Assembly: GCA_973895155.1 (NCBI GenBank)
Contig: OZ316891.1
Span: 22,523,784-22,587,783 of the forward strand
Source: Marsupella aquatica
Taxonomy: Eukaryota > Plantae > Marchantiophyta
DNA length: 64,000 bases
Direction of reading: 5' to 3'
The first letter of the stretch is position 1, and each line of letters starts with the position of its first letter. Both the position numbers and the translations under genes were made by a program. This document shows, in pieces, positions 40,501 to 50,903 of the stretch. The notes beneath the pieces are model-generated. The model had not been told where the DNA came from, did not search any database, and saw nothing but the letters and a program-made list of their open reading frames with translations.

Positions 40501-40726
40501 TTACATTCTTCAACGTTCTCACAACACCATCAAACATCTGAAATCTTACAGATCCAAGTCCAACAACTTGACATGGGATTCCATTTCCCATCAACACTGA
40601 CCCGTTGGAAACTGTGTAAGAACTGAAAAAATCTCTCCTAGAGCAAATGTGAAAATTACATGCACTATCTAGAATCCAGTCATCACTACCTGGATTTGAC
40701 AGTACGTTGAGAGCATAGCCTTGACA
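37508..40726 (-). CDS. pol: Copia Pol (PR-INT-RT-RNase H), open from the gag stop to 37508
   Basis: WILDSAC protease just after the gag stop; LWHFRLGHMSEKG, CEHC; FIDDYS/RSDNGGEY/NGVSE integrase; YVDDML RT; YVDSD/TEAEY/CDSQSA/NPADAFTK RNase H. No frameshift seen. Confidence 0.9.
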   Translation of the reverse strand, partial: CQGYALNVLSNPGSDDWILDSACNFHICSRRDFFSSYTVSNGSVLMGNGIPCQVVGLGSVRFQMFDGVVRTLKNVRHIPSMMKNLISLGVLEANGHQWSSANGVLQVSTGTKVVLKGKRHCNLYVLEGSVVSDEANATLSHEETARLWHFRLGHMSEKGLVILQKKGLLSNLQSCKLEFCEHCVLGKQHRKPFGVGTHTSKEVLEYVHSDVWGPAPTPSHSGRLYYVTFIDDYSRYVWIYFLHNKSDVFATFKEWKAQVENQTGNKVRYLRSDNGGEYSSEEFGTYCKEQGITRHLTTNYTPQQNGVSERLNRTLLDRSRSMLSQSCLPHEFWAEAVNTAAYLVNFSPSSSIGFKTPYEMRYKRPADYSHLRIFGCDAYVLTPSQLRSKLESKSKKCFFLGYQKGVKGYRLWDPVTCKLIVSRDVSFNESKSSKEGESSQDSHTEKGKSPIPDPVEGEISHDAVHDRRDGEAPGLELVPVMEQEEQIVARVPQIQPATTADQPESSTRRTSSRSTRAPTKYGQWADSSKLDGIDIALDDDDMALILEEGESASYSEACASEQKHEWNAAMQRELQSLSDNKTWELVELPRGQQVVDNKWIYKLKDSPSEGGDKIYKARLVAKGFTPEKGVDYNEVFSPVAKYSTIRILCQLVVFFNLVMDQMDVVTAFLYGNLEEMIFMRQPLGFMKKGQENLVCRLLKSLYGLKQSPRQWNKRFDDFMLAQDFTRMVYDPCVYTKSIKNDVFGFIILVIYVDDMLIVAKDQFEVDSLKAKLSAEFKMKDLGKAKRILGMEIFRNSETGQLCLSQGQYARKVLARFNMENCKPVSIPLASHFKLSSAFSPTDVVEKGLMTKIPYEKAVGSLMYLMTCTRPDLALAMGKVSRFMSNPGKVHWEAVKWILRYMMGTQDYGLLFDNRSNRTLVGYVDSDYGGCLDTRRSTTGFVYTLGGGCISWKSTLQKCISQSTTEAEYVAAAEAAKEAIWLDKLIAKMGLEHGKMTLNCDSQSALHLAANQVMDSRVKHIDIRYHFIRQAVSDKTFELVKIDGKLNPADAFTKVIPLESFSKHRVTLQVLQL

Positions 40727-41782
40727 TCACAATATGTCATCATCATCGAGTAAATCTACCTCATGCGAGCTTGATGCCGCGTTAGCAGAGGCAGTAGGGA
40801 CCTTTACTCGACAATCCCTTTTCATGTGGCCAGGCTTGCCACAATTCCAACATGCAAGAGGCTTCCTCTCTTGCGATTTCCCTCTGGATTTAGATCTCCC
40901 CCGTGATGTAGATCTAAACCTGTTCTGTCCATTTGTGCGCTGCGCTGCTCTTCCCCTGTTCATATTGAGCGCAGTGCCAGAAGAAGATGTTGTCTGTGAT
41001 TGACCCAACTTCTTCTGAGCATCATCAGACAATAATGAACTCACCACCTCATTATACGAAATGGACTTCAGATCTCTATACAAGAGCACTTGTTTCAAGC
41101 CCTGATATGACGGCGGTAAGGAGCTTAGCAGAAGCAAGGCCTTATCCTCATCTTCAACTCCTTTTCCCAGGTTTGACAGATCCACCGCTAGACTATCAAA
41201 TTCATCCAGGTGATCCTGCATCTTGCTCCCTTCCTTGAGCCTGAGGCTCATCAAGAGAGACTTCTTGTACAACCGGTCTGACGCATCTTCCCGGTAGTAC
41301 TTCTCTCTTAGAGCCTTGAACAGTGATGTGCAATCCGCATAATCATCCAGTTGCTTGATGATGTGCGGCTTGAGATATAGCATCACTGCATTGACAGCAA
41401 TCACCTGCTCCTGTCTCCATTGCCTCACTGAAATCTCCTCCTCTCCATCATACTGCTCTCGCGATGAAAGCAGATGAGCTAAGCCCATGGCCCGAAGAAC
41501 ACCCTTCACTTGCTTCTCCCATAGCAAGTAATCAGTACGACCATCGTACTTCTCCACCTCAAACTTTACTCCTCCGAATCTAGCCATCTCCCTCTTCTTC
41601 CCAACTACCAACAGCTCTGGTAGTAGTACAGCTTCCTCCACTGCACGCCGCACTGGTGATCGTACCGGTGTTACTTGTTCCTCCTCAAATGGTAGTAGCT
41701 CCTCCTCAGACTCACCGTCTGAACGTCGCGATCCTGAAGCTCCACCGACACCAATTCTTCCAGTATCCTCCGAGTCACTCAT
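40727..41782 (-). CDS. gag: Copia Gag with CCHC zinc knuckle
   Basis: KFEVEKYDGRTDYLLW, UBN2-type ALLLLSSLPPSY, CWNCGKPGHMKRDC. Ends in TGA, in frame with pol. Start codon uncertain. Confidence 0.88.
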   Translation of the reverse strand: MSDSEDTGRIGVGGASGSRRSDGESEEELLPFEEEQVTPVRSPVRRAVEEAVLLPELLVVGKKREMARFGGVKFEVEKYDGRTDYLLWEKQVKGVLRAMGLAHLLSSREQYDGEEEISVRQWRQEQVIAVNAVMLYLKPHIIKQLDDYADCTSLFKALREKYYREDASDRLYKKSLLMSLRLKEGSKMQDHLDEFDSLAVDLSNLGKGVEDEDKALLLLSSLPPSYQGLKQVLLYRDLKSISYNEVVSSLLSDDAQKKLGQSQTTSSSGTALNMNRGRAAQRTNGQNRFRSTSRGRSKSRGKSQERKPLACWNCGKPGHMKRDCRVKVPTASANAASSSHEVDLLDDDDIL

Positions 41783-44685
41783 ATGAAACAATCATGAAAA
41801 AATATCTTTTTTCAAAACTTCTCGCAAAACTCAAAACTCAACACCGCCACGGCCCACGAAGCTAGGAGTCCAATACTGAAAACCGAAATCAAAATCGAAA
41901 TTCGACAGAAAAGTTATTCAAATTTTGGTCGGGGTGGGTAAAACCTTGGGAAACTCCCCCGTTTTGACCACCTCGGAGAATAACCAAAATACCAAGTACA
42001 ACCCGTCGTCGGAATTGGGATGTGATTGGTGCGCCGCGTTGCTAACTCCAGTGGCAACGTCCTCACCGAAAAAGAACCAACAAAGTTACTGTTCGGCGGA
42101 CGGATTCTTTGCCGGACGACCGAAAAATAGCTCTCTCTTTTTTGGGAATATTCCCGCACAGTCCGACAGGTCTCACAGGGGGCTGTTCCCCCTGTCGGAG
42201 CAGTTAAAACGGAGGGCGGCAGGTCCCGGCACAAGGAGAACAAGAGGAAGCGGAAAAAAGGTTAAAAATAGGCCTAAAGGGGGTGCTAAGGCCCTTTTTT
42301 GAAAAATACACTCTAAAACGCGCACACGCATTGCGCATACGCGTGTCGAGCGTACAGGGTGTACAGGGCATCGGGCCGGGTACGAGTCGTAGCCGTGGCC
42401 GGTTTACGAGGCGTATGGCCGGGGTGAGGTCAGCCGGATCACGGCTGCTAAGGCAGTCGCATATTCGCGACTACAGGGTCCCGTGAGGGGCCGGCCGGGG
42501 GTTCACTAAGGAAGGAGGGCAGGGACGGGGCCTAAAGGAGGTGCGACCGGCGGCAGCAGCCGGCCGGCGCAAGACAAGTAAATGGGGCCGGGGCGTGGGC
42601 GACGAGGAGCCCGAAAGGGGGGAGGGACAGGGTGCGCCCGGTCACGCGTATAGCGCCGGCCGGCGCTGCGTGAGGCGCCGTGCGCCTAATATCACGGGGT
42701 GCGGGGCGGTGGGGGCAATTCAATACGTGGCCGATACAAGGCCGATATGAGGTGTGTATACACCTCGTTAAAAGACGCCCTAAAACCCCCTATAAATGCC
42801 AAAAATTGACTCCGCAAGTAACGTGACAAATGCACACCTTAATTGCCGCTGTTTCTCATGAGAAAGTGAACGCCGCCGACGGGAAAAGTTGCCGAATTGA
42901 ATCGGCATAGTCTGCAGCTCCAGCAGAGTAAATAATTTCCGTCGCGTCGTCGTCACTCCGCGTCAAGTGCCAATCCCGGGCTCAAAATGACCGCCTCGCC
43001 GCGATCAAACCGTTGAGCCATGGCACTTCGCATCTCTTCCACCGAATCGGACGTCACGAAGAGAAACCCGGTTTAGATGAGAATAAGCTCCATAGCTTGT
43101 GAAAAAACCTGAACGCCTTCGTCACTCGTCACGTCGCACTCGGTAACAACTCGGCAGCAACTCAGCTACCGAAACGACCAGCTCGTTTCAACCTTCAACT
43201 TGAGCAATAATGTGCGATCCCCCGAACACCGCACAGCTCACTCCGTTGAAAAACACGAACTCTGGTCTCTCCCCCAAAAAATACCGTCGAACACGAATAA
43301 ACCTTGAACGACGCAAACTTCAATTCCTCCGCACCACGGATACCGATCAGCGAGTTCTAACCACCGTTAGAAAGCCCTCTCACTAACCTATCTGCTCAGC
43401 CACACACAATCAAGTTTCATGCGACGAAACTCTGAATGTACCATCGACAATGAACGCTGGAAAAACCTGTCACGAAAAAACCTCATCACCTCCCAGGCAT
43501 GCTCTGATACCACTTGTTGAGCATAGACGACATTCGCAATGGCAAGCCCATGAACCATCCAACGCACAATAGTCAACACAGAGAGATATGTGGTTCACCT
43601 CCACATGAGGCTACGTCCACGGGAACACACAAGAGCTTTACTGCACTCTAGGCCGACCGGCCATACCAAGCATCCACAGCACAAGCTCTTCCTATCTCTC
43701 AACTAGCTCCGTAACAATGAGCCTAAGTTCCACCAGGGTCTGGCATCAGCCCTGGCTATATGCACAATAGCACTACGGCTAACATTAGCTAAGTCCTAAC
43801 CCGAGTTAGCCTAACTGTAGTTAGCTCATGAGTCACAAGACTAGAGCAATATCTAACAGTTGTTTCCCGCTACGGCCCGAGTTTGCCAGAACGTAAACTA
43901 ATACTCTATCATTTTTTCACCCGCTCCGGCCCGATCTAAACATTGTGCCATTGACTTTAGGTTTATGTTTTGGCACCCTTTACCTTTTGTGGCTCGCTCC
44001 AGGCCTATCAACTTTGTGCCATCAACTTCTTCCTTGTGGAGTTGTGGTTCATGTTCTGGCAACATTCTTGTCCAACAAAGTCATGCCCCGCTAGGGAGTC
44101 GTGCTTGCTTCGTAACAAAGTATAGCCTAGTACTTTGGTTAGAAATCATGATTGATAGAGTCTTGGTCGCTGTTGTTCTGCCAAATGTTTCTTCTCTATG
44201 GAGTTGTGGTTCATTTTTTGGCAACACTTCTTTCCAATGGAGTCATCTTTGTTTCATAATTGTTTCATAATAGAGTCTAAGTGTTCAGGCAGTACTTTGG
44301 ATAAGAGTCATGATTAATGATAGAGTATTGGTTTATGTTATGGCAAACTTGGGCCAGAGCAACCAACAACAATGGGGACTTGGGCTGGAGCGGACGAAAG
44401 CAAGTGAAGGGTGCCAGAACATAAACTCAAAGTCGACGGCACAAAGTTGTTCGAGCCGGAGCAGGTGACAAAATGGTAGAGTGTAGTTTATGTTCTGGCA
44501 AACTCGGGCCGGAGCGGGCAGCAACATCGGGGACTGGGACGGGCAGTGTACGGGGTCCCAAGAAGATTGGGGAGCATTAATGCGGTGTAGATTTAACGCG
44601 GGGTTATATTTGTTACTATTGCTCTAGTTTTGTTTTTACTAGCCTGTTCCCTCTTGCTCTATATTTGTTAATGCAAGCCTGATTA

Positions 44686-46089
44686 GGGTGTGTCAAAGCA
44701 CAATTGTACCCTAGTTACGGCTCAGGGCATACAATGCACTTAAGGTCAGGACAGAATCATTATGGGTTACCAAAATATGTACCCCATAAGGGTGGTACGT
44801 CCAAAAAAATTAAACCGTAACACTTTGGTTACGAGAGAACTTTGACATGCCTATTACCCTTGTGGTAGTAGTTGGTTTACATCACCACTAGCCATATAAA
44901 AGGGGGAGGTGTCCAAGACTTCTCTCTTTTTCACTTTACTCTCATTCTTCTCCTCTCCCCTTCCATTGTGCTCCACAAATTCACAAAATGATACTTTATG
45001 TGGTAAGACCCAGGGTAACCAGGTTTTCATCATGGCCAATGGTGGTTTAAATCACAACTGCATGCCTATAAAGAGTGCCTATAGAGAGCGTATCAAAACA
45101 GCGCCATACATGAGATACGGCCAGGACATAAGGAGTTGCAGGCTACTTAAATACAAGCCCAATATGGATCTTAGGTCTAGAGAGTTTCAGCCCATAACAC
45201 TCTGTGTAAACGAGAACTTTGACATGCCCTACTATAAAGTGCACAGGTTCAGGAATGGACTTGATCCCCAGGGAAGGTGATCAGTGCTCTGACTTTTATT
45301 GGCAAGTGCCTTTCATTACAAATGTATAGGTTCAAAACACCTTTCAATATAAAGTGCACAAGAATAGGCTTGCGCTCCACAAAAGGTGGTGAGTGCTCCA
45401 CCTTTCATAGTGAGATCTTGTTCACCAGGACATGAGGAGTAGTGAGCGAGGGAATGGGGCTGTTGTATGGGCAGGTGTGGTTTAACAAAAACCTTGAACG
45501 AGTATAGACAAGACAAAAAAAAACTTGGAGAAAAAAGTATTGTCCCTTATTTCCCTGCTTATTTCCCGTTCATCTTTGCCCCGTCCCTCTGTACCCTCTT
45601 TCAATTATGTCCTCACTGAGAATTACTATCTAGAGGCATCACTAGGACGTCTCAAAGCCCGGGTTTAACAAGATATGGCCCTCCCGTAACTCAAGTATTA
45701 TGGAAACTCCCGTTTGGGAATTCTGGGAGCTAATCTTCCGCTACTACAAGGAAGTCTCTCGGCTCAACACTTAACCCATAAATTTTCCTGAAATTTCAGG
45801 GGCAAATCCAGAAATCCAGGACTCCGTAACTTGGGAAAGCCATGATTAAAGGCCATTGGGCTTTGCGCCTGACGTGATGATGGCTCCTGCATTTTTAGGT
45901 GATGTGATCTAGAATGAATGAAAAATGATATGTGCTATGAGACAGAAGTGAGGCCGTAACTTCTGCCTTATGGGGCGGGTCAATGCTACCTCCCCCATTT
46001 TAAATTCCTTAATTGGGTCCCATATCCAGAGTTATATCATGGAACACAAATCCGTAACTTTTCACCAACAACCCAGCTTTGAGACGCCC
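44686..46089. mobile_element. Cluster of short MITE-like elements
   Basis: TA-flanked TIR pairs: GGGTGTGTCAAAG...CTTTGACATGCC (44686-44851), a degenerate copy (~45086-45229), and GGACGTCTCAAAGCCCGGGTT...AACCCAGCTTTGAGACGCCC (45645-46089). Also a copy of the CACCACTAGCCAT family at ~44877-45050. Confidence 0.55.
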
Positions 46090-47593
46090 TATTGTAGACA
46101 CCAGGCCCAGGAAGTAGCTTTTGATCACATTTTATTAGTTAGATAAGGAGTTATTAATTAAACACCACTGACCAGTTCCAAGGGGCAGTGTACAAGAACT
46201 CCCCATGTTTCCACATTCCATTCACTTTTCTCCTCTAGGGTGTGGGTTTGCTCCAAAATTTTGGGGAAAGGTTATTTTTGATTATTTTTGATTGTAGCTA
46301 TGGGTAACACATAGCTTTTGAAGGACATATGTGGTTTCCAAACCCACTGAAGAAATGCAAAAAGGCTGGTCCAATCCACTCACTTGCACTATTGGGTTTT
46401 CAGGATTTAATTTCAATCTATGGTTGTTACCTGTTGTTTGGGGAAATTACCCTGTCAAGAGGGATTGGCACTGCTTTTCAATTGGGCATGACAGCTATGT
46501 ACAATAAACAAAAAAAAGGGGCATTGTTAGACTGGGTGTTTAATGTATCCAATAAACAAAGCCCCCTTAGGTTGGAGATGCTCTAAGCATGCATAAAACA
46601 TCATTGTATTGCATGGGAGAACTTGCCATATTTTAGCAACACTAGCCTCAGCACCCTTTCTTTGAAGAAGAATGCACAATCATGATCCGGATTGACTTAT
46701 TATGAGATTTCTCCTTATTTTACAAAATCAATAAAATGAGAAAAATCATTTTTGGTTTTCACTAGGTCTTGCCAAGTTTAACATCTAGAAAAACATATTG
46801 GAAAAAGAAGGATAACCAAGACTTAAACTAACTTTTGGCTCCCAAATTGAGAGCCCCTTTTCACCCAGCTTTGCCTACAGTAGTTTAACACCTAGAGAGA
46901 ATTACAGGAGACAGGGTTACATCCCAGAAGTAATGTGAAGGAAACTAAATTGTGGCTCTCAATTCAAACTCAGTTATATGGACCCTGACCTATGGTATCC
47001 CAGCTTCAGAGTTCACAGCACTCTTACTCACTGACCAGAGACCAGACTATGTTAATATTTTAGTGCAGGGGCACTTGGTCAAACTACAGTCAACCTTGTC
47101 AAATTGGAGCATGGATATGTGCATTCTGTGGTTAAGTGCAGGCCGACCTTGTTGTCCCCCAATATTCCAGCATTTCGTTTGTAAATGCACCAAAATGGTA
47201 ATTTCCACAAGCAAAGGTCAACGCTCACTAAAAAACATATACATAAGTGTGTTTCAGTCTACAGTGCACACCTGCATTTATCAGTAACTGCAACCCACAC
47301 ATAAAATAGATTTATTGATAAGTGCAGCAAATAACAACAGAAAGTAGTTTTGTGCACTTATCCAGGTTAGGGTAGTATTTCTATTTGAAATCATGCAATA
47401 TAAGGGCTTTGGGTATGAGTCCAAATTGTGTGGTCCTACAACACAATGGAGAAGTGCATAAGCCATTTCCCATGTACTTACTAGCAAAGACCATACACAT
47501 ATAGAAGTGCATTTCTAACATAGTGCATTCACTGGATAAGTGCTGGCTGGTGGTGTCGTCCCATTGGGTGCTTGCACTTAGACAGGGTTGACT

Positions 47594-47638
47594 GTAGTTT
47601 GAGTCATTGCACTTAGACGCAACGTAGTTTGAGTCATT
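47594..47638 (+). promoter_or_regulatory. Duplicated 15-bp element GTAGTTTGAGTCATT containing TGAGTCA (GCN4/AP-1-type bZIP site)
   Basis: Exact direct repeats at 47594-47608 and 47624-47638, followed by ACGTG and a TATA-like CATAAAT (~47674), upstream of the cysteine-synthase-like gene. Confidence 0.4.
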
Positions 47639-47977
47639 ACAGACAGAGTACAGGTTGGCGACGACGTGCACACCATAAATGCGATTCCTACGCCCCCAGC
47701 CCTGGTGAATGCCCATACTTCACAGCTACGCAACGACAGATCTGATCTGGTTTCTTCAATTTGGTTGCATTTCAATCAGACCCACTTGCACAAGCATTCT
47801 GCTTTGAGTGAGTTTCGTCAGAATTGTTGAAGAGATATTCCTCGACTTCATGACCGATTGGGCTACTGTGGATTGGGAATTGGGCACTTGCATCACGGCG
47901 GAGAAGGAGCTCTCGAGGAGGTGAACTGTGGAAGAGTTGGATTGAAGATCGGAGAGTTGCAATATCGAGGGGGAGAA

Positions 47978-49081
47978 ATGGCGACGGCAGTGGAGGAAGT
48001 CGCTCCCCAGGCAATTGCGGAGTTGAAGTTGGAGGACCCCAAGCCAGCAGCGTTTGATCGGCATCTGGAGCTGTTTGATGCAAGGCAAGTGCAGATCCCT
48101 CCATTCAAGGCTCCCAAGATCTACAACAGTGTGGTCGACCTGATTGGGTGGACCCCTCTTGTGGAGATCAATCACATTACGAAGAAAGAGGGCGCAGTTG
48201 CAAGGATTGTGGCCAAGGTTGAAGGACTCAACCCCGGTGGTTCTGTCAAAGACAGAATAGCTCTCACCATGATTGAAGATGCCGAAGCAAAGGGCTTGAT
48301 TACACCTGGAGTGAGTACTCTCGTGGAGCCCACAAGCGGCAACACTGGTATTGGTCTGGCCCTGGTGGGCGTCCAAAGGGGTTACAAGGTAGTGTTCGTT
48401 ATGCCCCACACCTATTCTCTTGAGCGACGAATCGTCATGCGAGCTCTTGGTGCAGAAATCCATGTCACAGATGCAATGAAAGGGTTGGATGGATTATTCG
48501 GAAAATGTAACCAACTGCTCGCAGATATTCCTAATTCTCATATGCTCGCCCAATTTGATAATGTATATAATCCTCTAGCCCATTTCAAGACGACGGGGCC
48601 TGAAGTATGGGCAGCTACCGAAGGAAAGGTGGACATATTCGTGGGAGTCGCTGGAACTGGTGGAACTATTACAGGAGTGGGTCGTTATCTGCACAGCATG
48701 AATCCAAACATAAAAATTGTTGCTCTGGAACCAGAAGAAAGTCCAGTTATGCAAGGGGGCCAACCAGGTCCTCATCCAATACAAGGCACTGGGCCCGGCA
48801 TCATTCCAAGCAACACCGATGTATCAGTTTTTGATGAAATATTCAGTGTCTCCGGTCCTGAAGCCTTAACCATGGCAAGGAGACTGTCAGCCGAGGAAGG
48901 GCTGTTTGTGGGGATATCGTCGGGTGCTGCAATTGCTGGAGCTTTGAAGGTAGCCAAAAGACCAGAGAATGCTGGCAAGCTCATTGTAACTCTGTTACCA
49001 AGCATGGGTGAGAGATATCTTAGCACTGCTCTCTTTGCGTCAATCAAGGAAGAAATGGAAAATTTGAAATTTGATGATTAA
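47978..49081 (+). CDS. Cysteine synthase / O-acetylserine(thiol)lyase family (BSAS) PLP enzyme, divergent, intronless, 367 aa
   Basis: IGWTPLV, PGGSVKDRIA (PLP Lys), EPTSGNTGIGLA, SLERR, TTGPE, GTGGT, EEGLFVGISSGA, PSMGERYLST. First in-frame ATG at 47978 in AGAAATGG context; the ORF track start at 47858 is a TTG. Confidence 0.93.
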   Translation: MATAVEEVAPQAIAELKLEDPKPAAFDRHLELFDARQVQIPPFKAPKIYNSVVDLIGWTPLVEINHITKKEGAVARIVAKVEGLNPGGSVKDRIALTMIEDAEAKGLITPGVSTLVEPTSGNTGIGLALVGVQRGYKVVFVMPHTYSLERRIVMRALGAEIHVTDAMKGLDGLFGKCNQLLADIPNSHMLAQFDNVYNPLAHFKTTGPEVWAATEGKVDIFVGVAGTGGTITGVGRYLHSMNPNIKIVALEPEESPVMQGGQPGPHPIQGTGPGIIPSNTDVSVFDEIFSVSGPEALTMARRLSAEEGLFVGISSGAAIAGALKVAKRPENAGKLIVTLLPSMGERYLSTALFASIKEEMENLKFDD

Positions 49082-50903
49082 GTGCAATATGGACAATATC
49101 CATCTTCTCTGTTCAAGTATCGTAAGCCATTCTCAAAAGCCCTAGAGGACTGAACTGTAGAGCTCCCTGAAGTTTCTAATGGAGACAATTGAGGCTCTGT
49201 AGATATTGCCAAGTATACAGCGTGCTATTTGCGAAGAAACGCTCGACTGGGTGCAAACTTATGGTTGAGCATCGGAGAAAGATGTAAGGCAGCTTGGGCG
49301 ACTCCCCATCTTGTTTACTTTGTGTTTGGATGTTCACTTTTCATTCCGTTTTATGGCTCTCGGGATATTAGACTTCAACTGTAAGGCGTGTGTTACAACG
49401 TGAGAAGTCTCATAGTCAGCAGACTCGGTTTAAGGATGACAGCGACAAGTTGCATCAACCAGACGAGGATTCGCTCCACTATCCTACATAAACGACATTC
49501 AGTCGATCAATGATCTTTTCACCAAGCATTTGGAAAGAGATCTCTTGAGGATTCTTGAATGCCCATTCTTAGAGAATAGATAGGGTGATCTTGGACAGTC
49601 CAACAGGACATATTCTGCCGTCACTGCAATGCTGGGTTTATCGACGATGACTGGTACTAGCTGCTCACTTCTAGCAAGGACTCACTCGTAGCCTCTTCCA
49701 CTGCCTTAACTTAGTTGTCTATATGTATAGAAGATTTCATCTCACAAGGACCAGGCTTCCGTTGCTAAACTTATTAGGGCAATGCCAAGAGAGACAGCAA
49801 ATAGAAAGCTCTCATGTATATCACAGTCCGAATGCCTTGCATTTCTTTCAAGGTGGTTCTACTTCAGACTTCATCATAATGTCAGGGGAAAGAGGGGACT
49901 CTTCTTACTGTTTGACCCAATTTCTTGCGTGTCTGACTTGTCAGCAATATTTGTTCTTTTGTACCGTGACGAATAGAAGATGCCATGGCCACTCCTTCCC
50001 GGTGTCCACTTGGAATACACACTGCCTGCATATGAATAAGGTTGTTCTGTAAAAGCAGCAAGGTTTCTGACAGGATTTTCAGCTGTGGGGATTGTTGCAA
50101 CTCCAGCTGTTTGGAACAATGCACAGTTATAAATTTTAATGCAATGAATCTTGAGCCCTTCTGCTTTGTTATTTTGCTGGTTACTGTACTTTTGATGAAT
50201 AGAGTGTAGGGATTTTCCCGTTGCTCCAAAATTATTTACGCGAATAAAGGTAATGGATATCAAGCTTGTGAATATGTTTTATGGGAAGGATGTCACTCTT
50301 TGGAAAACACGATTGAAGATCAACTGACTATCAACTGTTGGGTTCAAAGAAAAACATGAGCGTCCTGGCACTCAGCCCTCCTGACTGATGTGGTGCTGTA
50401 AAAGCTATCTGTGAAAGGCAATTGGGGAGGATGCTCCCAACCTTTGAGACACGTATCGAAGCTTGGATACTGAATTGCACTGTCGTTGTTGCGATTCAGT
50501 TTCTATTGAAGATGCATTCCGATACATTTGTTTTCATCCATCATGTGATATCATTCATTCTTTTCCGGTGTTTGTATTTGTTGTCGTATTTTAAATTCCG
50601 TAATGTGGGGTAAACTTTGGAATTTGGAAATGTGCGTCAACGATTTACAGTGCACCTACCCAGTTCTGTTTCGAGGTTACCTCAAGGGAGGAATGCTCAA
50701 GAATGTCACTCAGTCTAAGAATTTCGATGAAGACTGAGGTATGCCCACTCTAGTCAACTGAATCTCTTATAACAGTTGGACGCTAACCCTGTTTCCATTA
50801 GTCTGGACTGGTCTCGAAGTGATGGCCTGATTGGAACCTTATCCGGTAAGTTGCTTAAAGCCACCTGATTAGCCCAAAAGTCGACCAGATGCTGCCAATC
50901 AGC

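Larger units (their letters stand above)
36957..43858 (-). mobile_element. Full-length Ty1/copia LTR retrotransposon, Tork/Tnt1-like
   Basis: 344-bp TG..CA LTRs at 36957-37300 and 43515-43858 (about 14 substitutions by eye, mostly transitions); TSD GTTGT; PBS TGGTATCAGAGC (tRNA-iMet); PPT AGGGGGAG. Confidence 0.96.
36880..44597. mobile_element. Long-TIR (Mutator/foldback-like) non-autonomous element, ~0.8 kb when empty, interrupted by a copia insertion
   Basis: 36880-36956 joined to 43864-~44000 is an imperfect inverted repeat (~200 bp) of ~44380-44597 (GTTAAATCTACACCGC...CCCCGTACACTGCCCGTCCCAGTCCCCGATGTTG...GGCCCGAGTTTGCCAGAAC). There is an internal tandem duplication around 44030-44330. 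Confidence 0.75.

Noticed and set aside
47756-48463. 235-aa minus-strand ORF and other antisense ORFs over real genes (e.g. 27537-28076, 33094-33582)
   Set aside because: Shadow ORFs on the opposite strand of well-supported coding sequences.
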